From contig NC_058368.1 in assembly GCF_018350175.1 (NCBI RefSeq), positions 21,020,001 through 21,084,000 of the forward strand: DNA of 64,000 bases, in the 5' to 3' direction. Under the pieces are notes generated by a model. The model saw only the letters and a list, made by a program, of their open reading frames with translations. It was not told the DNA's origin and searched no databases. The number at the start of each line of letters is the position of its first letter. Position 1 is the stretch's first letter. Made by a program: the position numbers and the translations under genes. This DNA comes from Felis catus (Eukaryota). Shown here piece by piece: positions 26,660-39,433 of this stretch.

Positions 26660-27270
26660 TAGGATTTACTGCCGTTATTAAGCGAACATCCTTTTGACGA
26701 TAAAGCAGTGCTTCTTGGATGTAGAGTGCTATGGAACGCAGGCTAAAGTGCTCGGTGATGTACGACTTTGACGGACTCCAGGGATCTTACTGTTTCAAAG
26801 CTATCGTCTGTTCTTTGTTCACCAGACCAAGACATTGCAGTGGAATACACAGTTCAAGACCGGCGCTTGGAGAAGGATGAGTGTAAGGACGCAGAATACC
26901 TTGTTTTTGTCATGCTAACATGATGAATTACAGTGTATTAAGAAAGTGTTGACACAAGTGGGAATAAGCTTTTGACAGGCTTGCCAGTAATTAACGCACA
27001 TTGTATGTAAAGTCACTACAAAACATTGCAGTCTGGTTCTTGGTTCAGGGTCTTCTGCCAAGGGGTGTTATTCATAAGCTTGATGGAAAATACTTGTATC
27101 TACAAAATCTCTGTGGTTCACTGGATGATGAAGGCAAGAAGGAAGAGAGATTGGGTTTTACGAAAGCTTGCAATGTTGCTGCAGCTAGGTATAGTGATGA
27201 TCATCCTACTGCCCCAGAGGGCTGCAGATTTTAAAGATAAATCACCAAAAATAAATGGGGACTAACAGAA
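26660..27270 (+). mobile_element. Ancient RTE-clade LINE reverse-transcriptase fragment (MamRTE1/BovB-like)
   Basis: Collinear RT motifs: DQDIA...LEK...YLVFV, KKVLTQVGI, LY, WFLVQG..[RQGC-like], RYSDD (27187-27201), KWGL. Confidence 0.6.
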
Positions 27271-28174
27271 TTTAGGAGATGTTTGGGAAAGGCAGCAAAG
27301 CTCCCCCTCTCTCCACTCCTTCCCCGACCAATTATCCTTACTGCCCCCTCCTTTAAAGGTTCAATCAAAAAAACCAAGAACTGTCTAATAGTGTTTCCCA
27401 TCGCATTCCTTAAGCCCACCTGGCTCCTTATTCTTGGCTACTGCCAAGAAACTGGGCTTCCTATCTGTGATAATAACCAAGTGGATCTAGAGCTTACAAG
27501 CCCAAAGCCCATAGCCAGGCTTCTGACTGGAGCCAGCAACCTTTGTCCAGGGCCCTTCACACTTGGCTTCCAATCATCTGCACAACCTCATTCTCCAGCC
27601 CAGCACAGACCTCAGCACCTAGCTCCCAGCCAGCAGCCATAAGGAACGGCATATCTTAGTTACCTCTCTTGCTGTCCAACAAGATTTAGGACATTTATGA
27701 CTTGCAAGGGCCGTATTGTATGTAGTCTGGCACTTTTAAACCTTATTTTCCTAATAAATTGTTTTATTGAGTGATAAGAAATAGAATTGACATCCAGGCC
27801 AGGTGTAATGGAAATTCTTGGAATTGCACATCACTAGGAACCAAACTAAACCTCTCATTCCCTCAGAAGGGTTGAACTGAAGAGTTCATGTAAACAATAG
27901 CCTCATACTGAGTAATTTTCACTAGAGAGCTATTATCCCAAATTGCAACTCCGTGAAGGACAGATATTCAAACTGGATACCTGACAACCACAGTGGTGAA
28001 GGAGAGGTTCTGCCCCGATACTCAAAGGGCCAGAAACACAGACCAGAGGTGGGGATGGGTTTTCACTTGCCTCAGTTTATCCTGCCAGAGACACCCTTGG
28101 CTTCTGCTCCCCTCCCTGACTGCTGAAATGAGCCAAAATGTCAGAACACTCTAATATATACTGTGAGCCTCTGA

Positions 28175-28292
28175 CAACGGTTTGAACCTGGATGCACATT
28201 AAAATCACCCGGGAATTCTATGGCTGGGAGATCATTGTTAAAGGCTCCCAGGTGATTCTAACTTGCAGCTGAGGGGGAGGGCCACCAGCCCA
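28175..28292. mobile_element. hAT-Charlie MITE (MER5A-like)
   Basis: GCACATTAAAATCACCCGGG...GCTCCCAGGTGATTCTAA..TGCAGC internal inverted repeat. Confidence 0.75.
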
Positions 28293-28764
28293 GGGGATTT
28301 GTTCGAGTCATAGTAACAATGGTGACAACTCTAAATACAAGGTGGACATTTGTCATAGGCTTTGCACACAGTGTTCAGAAGACCGGTCACTTACTGTGTT
28401 CACACCTACTTTCTTTCTTCAAAAAAGATGATGCATTAATTTTGAATTATGAATGTATAAAGTTATTAAAATATTCCTTGCTTAATACAGAAAATGTTTG
28501 GAAAATAAAGTGTAAAGAAAAATATAAAACCTCAAATCTGACCAACCAGATATAAATGCCTTTAATATTTTGAGGTCTTTATTTCCAAAGCTTTTTTTTT
28601 TTTTTTTTACAAATAATAGCATGCATATGCATTTTGTTTAAAAAATATTAGGATAATTCATGGTTAGACAGAAACAATTTATTTATAGTATTGGAATTAT
28701 TTGTTCCTTGAAAGTTTGAAATAACTTACCCATAGAATTCCAAGGCTCTAAAGCCTTGTGTTGG

Positions 28765-29015
28765 GGGGAGACTGGGTGGCTCGGTTGGTTAGGCATCCAA
28801 CGTGGGCTCAGGTCATGATCTCACGGTTTGTGGGTTCTCAGGTCATGATCTCATGGTTTGTGGGTTCGAGCCCAGCGTCGGGCTCTGTGCTGACAGCTCG
28901 GAGCCTGGAGCCTGCTTCAGATTCTGTGTTTCCCTCTCCCTCTGCCCTTCCCCTGCTCACACTCTGTCTCTCCCTGTCTCTCAAAAATAAATAAACATTA
29001 AAAAAAATTCTTTTG
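28765..29015 (+). mobile_element. Can-SINE with a 30-bp internal tandem duplication
   Basis: TSD AAGCCTTGTGTTGG; duplicated unit at 28807-28836 and 28837-28866. Confidence 0.95.
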
Positions 29016-29199
29016 AAGCCTTGTGTTGGATATAAATCTCTGGCATTAAAAATTTTTAATGATATTTGTCTATATGATATCTTTTTCTTTTAATATCAAC
29101 CTTGATAATTCATAATTTTCCAAGAAAAGAGTACATTTATTTGGAACTTTCCATTTTATTGGGATAGAGTTTAGTGTTACATTTCTTTATACACTTTGC

Positions 29200-29362
29200 T
29201 ATGTTATTCTCAACAGGAGCAGGGACGGCGGCACTGGGGGGGAATAGTGGAACATAATCTCCTGAGGTGTATTTTTAGAGCGTGTGCTCCAACATTTTGC
29301 TAATGTTCCTAGTGTGCCCTATGCCCCTACCCCCTCTGCCTCTGCCATTGTTGAATCACTGA
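29200..29362. mobile_element. Old hAT-Charlie-type MITE
   Basis: Ends TTATTCTCAAC...GTTGAATCACTG resemble Charlie TIRs (CAGTGGTTCTCAAC). Confidence 0.45.
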
Positions 29363-31204
29363 AGAGAAAGGAGAACATCTACTGACAGGTGCACCTTACA
29401 TATGCAAATAGCATGAAGTTATTAAAAAAAAAAAACATTCTGAGAAGCACCAAGGTGCACTCTTACGCCAGACCTCCTTTTAGTGGAAGTCCTGAAATAT
29501 CACCAGGACAGTGTGACCGTCATCTGGTTTGCCAGCATGCTCTAGCAATAAGGAGCACAACTTAAAGTAATATAGTTTATTTATGTGGTTACTTGGGGCT
29601 AACACTACTTACATTTAGAGGGGAGTAGACCATCCAAACTCATAAATTCTACACATGTTCCTACTATAAACAACTGGGCTTCACAATTAGATCCAATTAC
29701 TTTCCACTTCCAAGAACTCAATCACCTCTGTCATAAGATGTTCATTACATCTGAATTTTTATTTTTGCTTTCTTGGCAATTTATAATCCCTCTTAACATT
29801 GGCTCTGAGGAAGACGTGGAGAGCTTCCAGGCCTGTAAAAAGACTTAGGTGTCTTTCTGGACAGCTCAATGAAGATGTATTCTCAATACACAGTGGTAAT
29901 CAAAAAAAAAAAAAACAAGTCAGAAATAGAATTTGAAAAAATACGGAATATATTATTATTCTATTTCATAAATCATCCATGATTTACCTTTATCACTCAG
30001 GGCCATCTTCTCTCAAAAGGGAAAACAATTCCACAAAAGAGCGATAAAAAGGAAGCAAGGCAGAATGAGGAGTTTTGCATACAGAGGGATTAAAAAGCCT
30101 AGGACTTTCTTTTTGGAAAAGGACGATAATACTTAAGAATAATTAGAGAAACGTGAAATAATGTTCAGAGATGTAACAAAGTGAATTAAAACAAACAAAA
30201 GAATGAATGATTGCCATGCTATGCAAACACCAATTCACTTTAATCAAAACATACATAGGCACAATTACAATAATTCAGAATTTTTAACTCAATTTTTATC
30301 AACCTACCTGGGTTATTATAGTATTTATTTAAATGGAATTAAAAGCAATGATCTTTGGTATAAAATTCCAGGTCCTAAATGACTAGCAAAACAAATTGGT
30401 TTCTGACTTCTTCTGTCCTAGAAAACTATCAACCTCTAATTTAAATGTTATCAGCTATACTTTAATACATGATACAAATAGATCAAATTAAGCAGTTTTA
30501 AGTGAAATATGGTCCCACATAAACAAAGGACCACCATGAAAATGTCATTTTCCTGGAGGACAACCCAGTACATAAAATGAAATCTGAAAATCATACGACA
30601 AAAAAAGAAGCTTTGTTAAAACAACACTCTCTGGGAAACACTTAATAAAGATGATTAACTCCCTACTTAGAACAACTGAAGGATGAAAGCTTTGGCACAT
30701 TTATGAGAGCAATGATGAGTGGCCTCATATAAATGGAGTACACACAGCAGAGTGTATAATGTACCCTTCCCTATTTTTACATTCCACTTGGTCTATAAAT
30801 GAGTTGAGAACAAACTACATGTGTTACAGACGCAAAGATTAAAAAATTAAAACGGAGTCTCTACTAGAAATGCCCCAGCAACAGACAATCACCCCCACTT
30901 CTATGCTTTAAAAGCAAGCTGACAATTTCTTGGAGGCGGAGAAGTATTGTGAAGTCGCCACAATGGTGAAGGCTCACCATTTAGCTCTGTAGAACTCTAC
31001 AGAGCCAGCGGACGAGGGGAAAACCCGATTCCAGGGAATACTGGTTCCGGAAGTGCCATCCACATCCCACAAGCCTATGTCCTCTAAAATGCCAGCACTC
31101 TAAAATGCCAGCACTACTCAGACAGAAATTATTTTTCCTATTTCTACAATTCTCTTAATCCCTAGATTGCATGCCTAGCAACTGACAGGTAGTCTAATAA
31201 GCGC

Positions 31205-31470
31205 ATAAGATAGTACAGTGGTTAGCACACTGGCTTTAGCATTAAATGAACCCGGTATGATCACGTCACTTGCCACTTGCCACTTTCCAGCATCAAACCT
31301 TGCACGGGTTCCTCAACTTCTCTGAGTTTGTTTCCTCATTCATACAGTGAAGGCAACGACGGGCCTATCCTCTAGGCCTTCTGGGGGCCGGGGGATGGTT
31401 TCATATGAAGGCAAAGTGCTTAAAACAGTGCCTCACGAATGGCAAGGTGTTAATAATGTTGGCTATTTTC
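31205..31470 (+). mobile_element. MIR
   Basis: AGTGGTTAG...CTCAACTTCTCTGAG..TGTTTCCTCAT...AAAGTGCTTAAAACAGTGCCT. Confidence 0.8.
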
Positions 31471-31671
31471 ATAGAAAACTATAGTCACGGCCTACATTAT
31501 CTGAGAACATAGGCACATACAAACTGCACAAATCTTCCTGAAAAGCAATTTGACAATGTGCCTCGAAAGTCTTAAAAGTGTCAGTACAATTTGTGGGAGA
31601 AATCTCACTTTTAGGAATACAGCCTAAGGAAACAGAGACTCACATGCATAGGAATGCTCGCTGCATTGATG

Positions 31672-32490
31672 TTTTTCAATTTGAACTTCTAATTTACAGA
31701 TAATTGTACATTCGCAGCAGTTGTATAAAATAATACAGGAGATCCTGTATACGTTTTATCCAATTTCCCCTGATGTTTACATTTTACAAAGTATAATACA
31801 GTATCACAACCAGGATATTAACATTGATACAGTCAAGATGCTGATTTTTTAAAAAAAATATAATAAGGACATTAACTCCATGCCATCACCACAAGGAACT
31901 CCAAGTTAGCCTTTATGGCCATATCATGTCCTTCCTACTCTCTCCGCCCCCTCTTCCTTAACTCCTGGCAATCACTAATATGTTCTCAATTTATATAATA
32001 TTGTTATTTCAAGAATGATACATAAATGGAATCATATAGTATGAAATCTTTGATATTGGCTTTTTCCACTCAGCGTAACTCCCTGGGGATTCATCCAAGT
32101 TGCATGTCTCAATAGTTCATTCCTTTCTATTCCTGAGTAGTAGCCCCTGGCATAGATGTACCATGGTTTGTTTAACCATGTACCCATGGAAGGATATCTA
32201 GGTTGTTTCCACAGTTTATGTCTTTTAATGAATAAAGTTGCCAAGAACATTTATGTACAGGTTTTTCTGTGAATGTAAGTTTTTATTTCTCTGGGAGGAA
32301 TACCCAAGAGTTCAATTGCAGAGTAGCTACATACTTAGTTTATTTAGAAGCTGCCAGGGGCGCCTGGGTGGTTCGCTTAAGCATCCAACTCTTGATTTCA
32401 GCTCAGGTCATGATCTCACAGTTTGTGAGTCTGAGCCCTGTGTTGGGTTCTGCACTGACAAGCACAGAGCGTGCTTGGGATTCTCTCTCT

Positions 32491-32529
<39 letters not shown>

Positions 32530-32660
32530 CCTCTTTGGCTCTCCCCTTCTCACAAAATAAATAAATAAACATTAAAAAAAGAAGAAGAAGAAGAAGCTGC
32601 CAAATGTTTTCTAGAGTGCCTGTACCATTCGGCACACCCACCACCAATGTATGGGTAATC
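31672..32660 (-). mobile_element. L1M 3' end inserted into an older plus-strand L1M remnant (about 31500-32820)
   Basis: L1 3' UTR and ORF2 end (ORF 32032-32250(-) KQPRYPS..WLNK.WYIY); CTGCATT flanks both sides. Confidence 0.85.
32357..32591 (+). mobile_element. Can-SINE with (GAA)n tail
   Basis: TSD AGAAGCTGCCA. Confidence 0.96.
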
Positions 32661-32841
32661 CACTGCATTATTTTAAACACCGAAAACAGTAAACCACATC
32701 TAGCGGCAACAACAAATAATGCTACAGTCTCAGGATGGACTAATATTAAGGTATTTAAAAATACTATTTAAATACATTTAATACATTTATAAAATCCCAC
32801 TTAATGCAATTTAAAAATTCAAATATAAGTAGGAATAAGTA

Positions 32842-33161
32842 CAGTTTACTCTTACATGGTATGGGTGCAAAATGTGCAGATTATTCCCGTAAATACAGAG
32901 CAGCACTGTAAATGCAGTTTTTCTCCCTTACGATTTTCTAAATAACATTTTCTTCCCTCTAGCTTACTTTATTGTAACAATACAGCCTATAATACATATA
33001 ACATACAAAATATGTGTTAATCAACTGTTTATGTTATTGTTAAGGCTGCTAATCAGTGGTAGGGTATTAATAGCTAAGTTTTGGGGGAGTCAAAAGTTAT
33101 ATGCAGGTTTTCAATTGCACAGGGGTCAGCTCCCCTAACCCATTTTGGCAAGGGTCAACTG
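32842..33161. mobile_element. Tigger2-derived MITE (Tigger2a-like, Tc1/mariner)
   Basis: TA-CAGTTTACTCTT...AAGGGTCAACTG-TA TIRs with TA TSD; internal TAAGTTTTGGGGGAGTCAAAAGTTATA. Confidence 0.85.
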
Positions 33162-33419
33162 TATAACCATATAAATATATATTATGTATATATTTACACG
33201 TGTACACAGACACAGACATAATTGGAAAACTGGTGAAATAAAACTCTGAGAAACATAAATTAAAAATCTGGATTTTTTCATTCTTATTTTCTGAATTTTC
33301 TAAGTCAGCTATGCGCTTTTATAATTTAAAACTGTTTCTTTTAATTAATTAATGATCTTCCCACCAAATCAACATCTCTTTTTTTTAAAAAAAAAGATAC
33401 ATATGAATGTATCATTATT

Positions 33420-34460
33420 TATTCAACTTATGATCTAATTATACACATTGATGAGTTTTCCAGCTTTTTGACCCTCAAACAATGGTATAAGAATCCTTGA
33501 TTATATAGCCTTATACTCTGATGACTTTATTTCTATGGGAGAAATGCTTAAAGGCAGAACTGATAGGTCAAAGAATATTATTTTTACTTTAATCTGCCAG
33601 ATCACTTTCCCAAAAGAGAACATTTCATATTCTCGAGAGCAATTTATGAGAACTACTTCCCCACATGCTTTTTCCTCTAGATGTTATAAATTTTGGACAT
33701 TTTTGCCAAATGCCAAATGCAAAATGCCAGATGCATGAAAATGACATCTTGCTGTCGCTTTGATTGGTATTTCCCTCACGTGTGATCTTTGCATCTTTTC
33801 ATTTGTTTGTTGCCCATCTGATTTCCTCTTCCATCTAACCTGTTGATATACTTTGTCCAGTTTAAAGCAGGGGTACTTAGTTTTTCCTTATCAGTTTGTA
33901 GGATGTTTTAATATAATACGGACATTAACCCCTTGACCATTACATGTATCACACATATTTTCTCCCTATATGATTTGTTTTCCACTTTGCCTATTGCTTT
34001 TTTCCAAGCAAAAGTCTTTATTCTATAGTCAGATTTGTCAATCTTTTGGACTTCTGGATTTCTTACGTTGTTTAGAAGTCCTCCCAACCCACATGCGCAC
34101 ACACCCAAGGTTATACAAAGGGTGTCCTAAGTTGCCTTCTAGTATTGTAAATATTTTATAGTTAATTCCTTAAATTTACTTTTATTTTTATATAATAGTC
34201 TGTATACACAGTACATGGTAAGCATCTACATAAATGGGAGGGGAGGGGATTATTTTCTTACCAATTTAAAAGGTCAAATTCCCATATGAACTTAGAATTA
34301 TTCCTGAATTCACTATTAGGGTTTATTTTATATATCTATTTTGTGATGCTGATACCACACAATTTTTAAAAATAGTTTTATAATAGACTTTAATATCTGA
34401 TAAAGCAATTTTCAAAACTGCCTCCATGTTTCAAGCACACGTATTCTCTTACATGAAATT
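33420..34460 (-). mobile_element. Very old L1M ORF2 end and 3' region
   Basis: Degenerate antisense L1 (ORF 33908-34108(-) KIDKSDYRIKTF). Confidence 0.65.
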
Positions 34461-34831
34461 TAAATTTAGTTATATCCATGATATATTAGGTAAAAAACTG
34501 TCATGCTGCTGAACAGCATATATTGTATGATTTTATGGTCTAATAAACAGAAAACACTGGAGGCAGAGGAAAGGCAATGGAGGGATGGTGTGCATATGTG
34601 TGTTTGCATTAGTTTTTACCAACATAAAGAAAGGTCCAGAAAAAAGATCACAAAACCAAGCTGTCAACATTGGTTACCACAGAAGGATAGGATTAGGAGG
34701 TGTGGAGATTGGCCTTCTCATCCCCACTCCACCCAGTTGTTGGGTCGCCTTGTGGTTTGGCTTTTTGCAAGAATGCTAGTTTGAAAGAAAAACCCAATTA
34801 AATATTTCAAATAAATAAAATATAGTTACAT

Positions 34832-35090
34832 TATTAGACCTGGAAGAGACCTCAGAATTTATTTCTTCCAACTCTTACCCGAATAGGAGTCTCTTTGGCA
34901 GTATCTCTGCCAGATGGTCCTCCAGACTGTTTAAAAATGTCCAGAGACGCAGAGTTCTCTTATTTTTGCTCAGCTGCCTGCTCTATCATTGGAGAGCTGT
35001 AATTGTTGGAAGGCTCTTTCCTACCTTTATTCAAAATGTGTCAGTTCCTAATAACCACTCAGGTCTGTCTTCTGAAGCAAAATAGTATGA
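34832..35090 (-). mobile_element. CR1/L3 LINE 3' end
   Basis: CTGGAAGAGACCTCAGA...CAGATGGTCCTCCAG...GAGCTGTAATTGTTGGAAGG..CTTTCCT matches the recalled L3 3' consensus. Confidence 0.75.
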
Positions 35091-35169
35091 AGAAGACTTT
35101 TGCTTTGTTTAATTTTGCAACCCACTATGAACTTGGTCAATCCTTCAACTGTGTTGATAGGTGTTGCTA

Positions 35170-35301
35170 TACATGTTTTTAAAGTGTATCATGTACTAAG
35201 AACTGTGTCATTAAGCATTTTGCGTGGATTTACTTAATTCTCACAATAGCCTAATGATGTGAGCTAATAAATGATGTACCAAGACTCAAACCTAAGTCTG
35301 G
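35170..35301 (-). mobile_element. MIR split by the L1 insertion (continues at about 40013-40050)
   Basis: TTAATTCTCACAATAGCC...GACTCAAACCTAAGTCTGG|CTGTCTCCAAAG. Confidence 0.65.
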
Positions 35302-36382
35302 GGATCTAGGGAAGATGGAAGAGTAGGAGGACCCGAAACTCACCTTGCCCCATAGATACAACTAGATAATACTTATATCAGTGTACGTAACCCAGAGAAC
35401 AACCCACAGACTGGCAGAACAAACTCCACAACTAAATGCAGAGAAGAGGCCACATCAAGTAGGGTAGGAAGGGCAGAGACATGGTGAGGAGCTAAATCCT
35501 GCAGGTCTGCCCCCACCCCCACCCCCCATCAGAGGAAGAGAGGGAGCCAGGGATGCAGAGAAGTAAGAGAAATAGAATCACACCAGGGAATTTGCACAGG
35601 GAGGCTTTGAAAATCAGAGGGACTGAATTTTATGAGTTCAGCAGGACTTAAAGCCTGGTACTTTAAAAATCAGCAGCTTGGCTCTGGGAGGGCAATAGGA
35701 CGCTCAGCCCCCACCCTTAAAGAAACAGTACAAGAAACAACCAGGAAGATACAGCTTAAAAACAGTAGTTTGAAAAATTCCTGGGGCATACAGGAGATAC
35801 AGTTAATTACTAATCTCAGAGTTCACTGAGGGACTAGTCTAGGAACAAAGGAGCTGGCAGTCACCACTTCCCTCCCCCAGCCCCCAGCATAATCACACAG
35901 GAACCTGCTCTAACAAGGGTGGCTCAGGCATTCACTACCTAACTTACATACACTGCACTCTGCCCCTCCAGCTTGGCCTCTTTGCTTGCCTCCCAGTGCT
36001 GCAGCCACCCTGCCCCAGAAGACCCAGCACAAACTTTCCAATACTGTGACTCCTGATCCCTGTGGAAGACACGCACACCTTGTTAAAACTGCACCTCCTG
36101 GCTGCCTGTGCTGTGTACAACAGCCCCAACTGCCTGGGTCTCTACAGAGGCTGTGTGTCCCCCGTGGAAGAGGACAGGCACCGCCTTGTCAAAAGTGAAA
36201 GCCCATCCCACTACTTTTAAGAACAAGAGACTAGCTGAATTTCCTAACACAGAGAAACAGACACAGAGAGTTAGGCAAAATAAGGAGATGGAGGAATATG
36301 TCCCAAATCAAACAACAAGACAAAATCACAGCAAGAGACCTGACTGAAACAGAGATAAGCAATAAGCCTGATGAAGATTTTA

Positions 36383-36615
36383 TTTTTTTTTATTTTTATT
36401 TTTTTTATTTTTTTTTATTTTTTTATTTTTGGGACAGAGAGAGACAGAGCATGAACAGGGGAGGGGCAGAGAGAGAGGGAGACACAGAATTGGAAACAGG
36501 CTCCAGGCTCTGAGCCATCAGCCCAGAGCCCGACGCGGGGCTCGAACCCACGGACCGTGAGATCGTGACCTGGCTGAAGTCGGACGCTTAACCGACTGCG
36601 CCACCCAGGCACCCC
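36383..36615 (-). mobile_element. Young feline SINE (SINEC_Fc) inside L1 ORF1
   Basis: Perfect 17-bp TSD GCCTGATGAAGATTTTA; long T-rich tail; CpG-intact. Confidence 0.97.
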
Positions 36616-37680
36616 GCCTGATGAAGATTTTAAAGTAATGATCATTAAGATACTTACTGGATTTGAGAAAAGAGTGGAGCACATCAGTGAGACCCTTAAC
36701 ACAGAGATAAAAAAAAAGAACCAATCAGAAATGAAGAACATAATTATTAAAATTAAAAATACGTTTGATGGAATAAACAGCAGGCTAGAAGAAGAAGAGG
36801 AATAAATCAATGACCTTGAAGACAGAGTAATGGAAAGTAATCAAGTTGAGCAAGTGAAAAAAAAAAAAAAAGAAAAGGAATTACACAAAATGAAAACAGA
36901 CTTACCGAATTCAAGCATAATAACATTCACATTATAGGGATCCCAGAAGAAGAAGAAGAGAGAGAAAATGAGTCCGAAAATTTATTTGAAGAAATAATAG
37001 CTGAAAACTCCCAAATCTGGGGAAAGAAACACATATCCAGATCCAGGAGGGACAGATATCTCAGAACAAAATTGACCCAAAGACATCCATGCCAAGACAC
37101 ATAAAATTAAAAAGGCAAAAAGTAGTGATAAAGAAATTTTTTTAAAGTAGCAAGGGAAAAGAAGACAATTGCATACAAGGGAAACCCCATAAGGCTCTCA
37201 GAAGAGTTTTCAGCAGAAACTTTGCAAGTCAGAAGGGATTAGCATGATATATCCAAAGTGCCAAAAGTGAAAAGTCTGCAGCCAAGAATACTCTATCCAA
37301 GAAGCCAACCATTTAGAGTAGAAGAAGTGACAAAGAGTTTCTCAAACAAACAAAAACTAAAGAAGTTCATGACCACTAAACTAGGCCTACAAGAAACATT
37401 AGAGACTCTTTGAGTGGAAAGGGAAGACCATAAATGAGAGTATGAAAAGTAAGAAACACAAAAGCAGTAAAAATAAATATATTTGTGAAAATCAGTCAAG
37501 GGATTCACACACACACAAAAAAAGGATATAAAATATGACAACATATATCTAAAATATGGAGGGGAAAGAGGAGTAAGAATGGGTTCAAACTTAAGCAGCC
37601 ATCAACTTCATGTAGATGGCTATATGCAGAAGCTGTTACACACAAACCTAAGGGTAACCACAAGTCAAAAATGAGTAATA

Positions 37681-37847
37681 GGGGGCAATTTGGTGGCCCA
37701 GTCAGTTAAGCATCCAACTCCTGGTTCCAGCTCAGGTCATGATCTCATGATTCATGAGTTTGAGCCCTGCATCAGGCTCTGCAGGGTGGAACTTGCTTGG
37801 GATTCTCTCTCTCCCTCTCTCTCTTTGCCCCTCCCTGACTCATGCAT

Positions 37848-37886
<39 letters not shown>

Positions 37887-37925
37887 ATAAATAAACTTTT
37901 AAAAAAATTGTCTGAAAAGAAAAAC
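37681..37925 (+). mobile_element. Can-SINE in the L1 inter-ORF region
   Basis: Head, (CT)n and tail; AAAAATG(A)GTAATA flanks. Confidence 0.93.
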
Positions 37926-39220
37926 AAAAATGGTAATAGATACACAAAGAAGAAAGAGAAAGCAATCCAAGTATATCAGTAAAGAAAACCAGCAGACCAT
38001 GAAAGAGAGCAGGAGAAGAAAAGATTGGAGAAAAACTACAAAAACAATCACAAAACTAGTAACAAAATGTCAATAAATACATGCCTATGAGTAATTTACA
38101 ATTTCACCAAAAATAATAAAATACCTAAGAATAAACTTAACCAAGGAGGTGAAAGACCTGCACTCTGAAAACTATAAAACATTGAAGAAAGAAATTGAAA
38201 ATGACACAAATGGAAAGACATTCCATGCTCATGGATTTGAAGAACAAATTTTGTTAAAAAAATCTATGTTACCCAGAGCAAACAATCCTGAAATTTGCAT
38301 AGAACCACAAAAGACACCCAATTGCCAAAGCAATCTTGAAAAAGGAAAACAAAACTGAAGTAATCACAATTCCAGACTTCAAGTTATGTTATAAAGCTGT
38401 AGTAATCCAAAAGGTATGGTACTGGCACAAAAATAGATACATACATCAATAGAACAGAATGGAGAGCCCAGAAATAAACCCAGAAATAAACTCATAACAA
38501 TAAGGGCAATTAAGGAGGAAAGAATATGCAATGAAAAAAAGTCTCTTCAACCAATGGTGCTGGGAAAACTGGACAGGTACATGCAAAAGAACAAAACTGG
38601 ACAACTTTCTTACACTATACACAAAAACAAACTCAAAATGTGAGACTTGAAACCATAAAAATATTACAGGACAGCATAGGCAGTAATTTCTCTGACATCA
38701 GCCTTAACTTTTCTAGGTATATCTCCTGGGGCAAGAGAAATAAAAGCAAAAATAAGCTATTGGGACTACATCAAAATAAAAAGCTTCTGCATACTGAAGG
38801 CAACAAGCAACAAAACTGAAATGCAACCTACTTAATGGGAAAAGATATTTGCAAATGACATATCTGATAAGGGGTTAGTATCCAAAATATATAAAGAACT
38901 CAAAAAACTCAATACCCAAAAAAGAAATAATCCAATTATAAATGATCAGAAGACATGAGTAGACATTTCTCCAAAGAAGACATCCAGATGGCCAACAGAC
39001 ACACGAAAAGATGCTCAATATCACTCATCATCAGAGAAATGTAAACCAAAACTACAATGAGATATCACCTCACACCTGTCAGAATGGCTAAAATCAGAAA
39101 CACAAGAAAGAACAACCATTGGCAAGGATATGGAGATAAAAGAACCCTTGAGCACTGTTGCAGTGACTGGTACAGTCACTGTGGGAAACAGTATGAAGTT
39201 TCCTCACAAAGTTAAAAATA

Positions 39221-39433
39221 CAGTAAAACCTTGGTTTGTCAGCATAATTCATTCTGGAAACACGCTTGTAATCCAAAGCACTCGTATATCAAGAACCATT
39301 GCTCAGTTGTGACATGTCACATGCTACTCATATTGCAAGACATTGCTCGTTTATCAAGTTAAAATCTATTAGAAATGTTTGTTCATCTTGCAGAACACTC
39401 ACAGAACAAGTGACTCACAATCCCAGGTTTTAC
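39221..39433. mobile_element. Tc1/mariner (Tigger-like) MITE inserted in L1 ORF2
   Basis: TA-CAGTAAAACCTTGG ... CCCAGGTTTTAC TIRs interrupt L1 AAAAATA|(GAACTAC)CCTATGACCCAG. Confidence 0.8.

Noticed and set aside
27001..27234. 77-aa ORF as a host exon or viral element
   Set aside because: It lies within the decayed RTE RT fragment, homologous frames are broken, and there is no convincing splice pair
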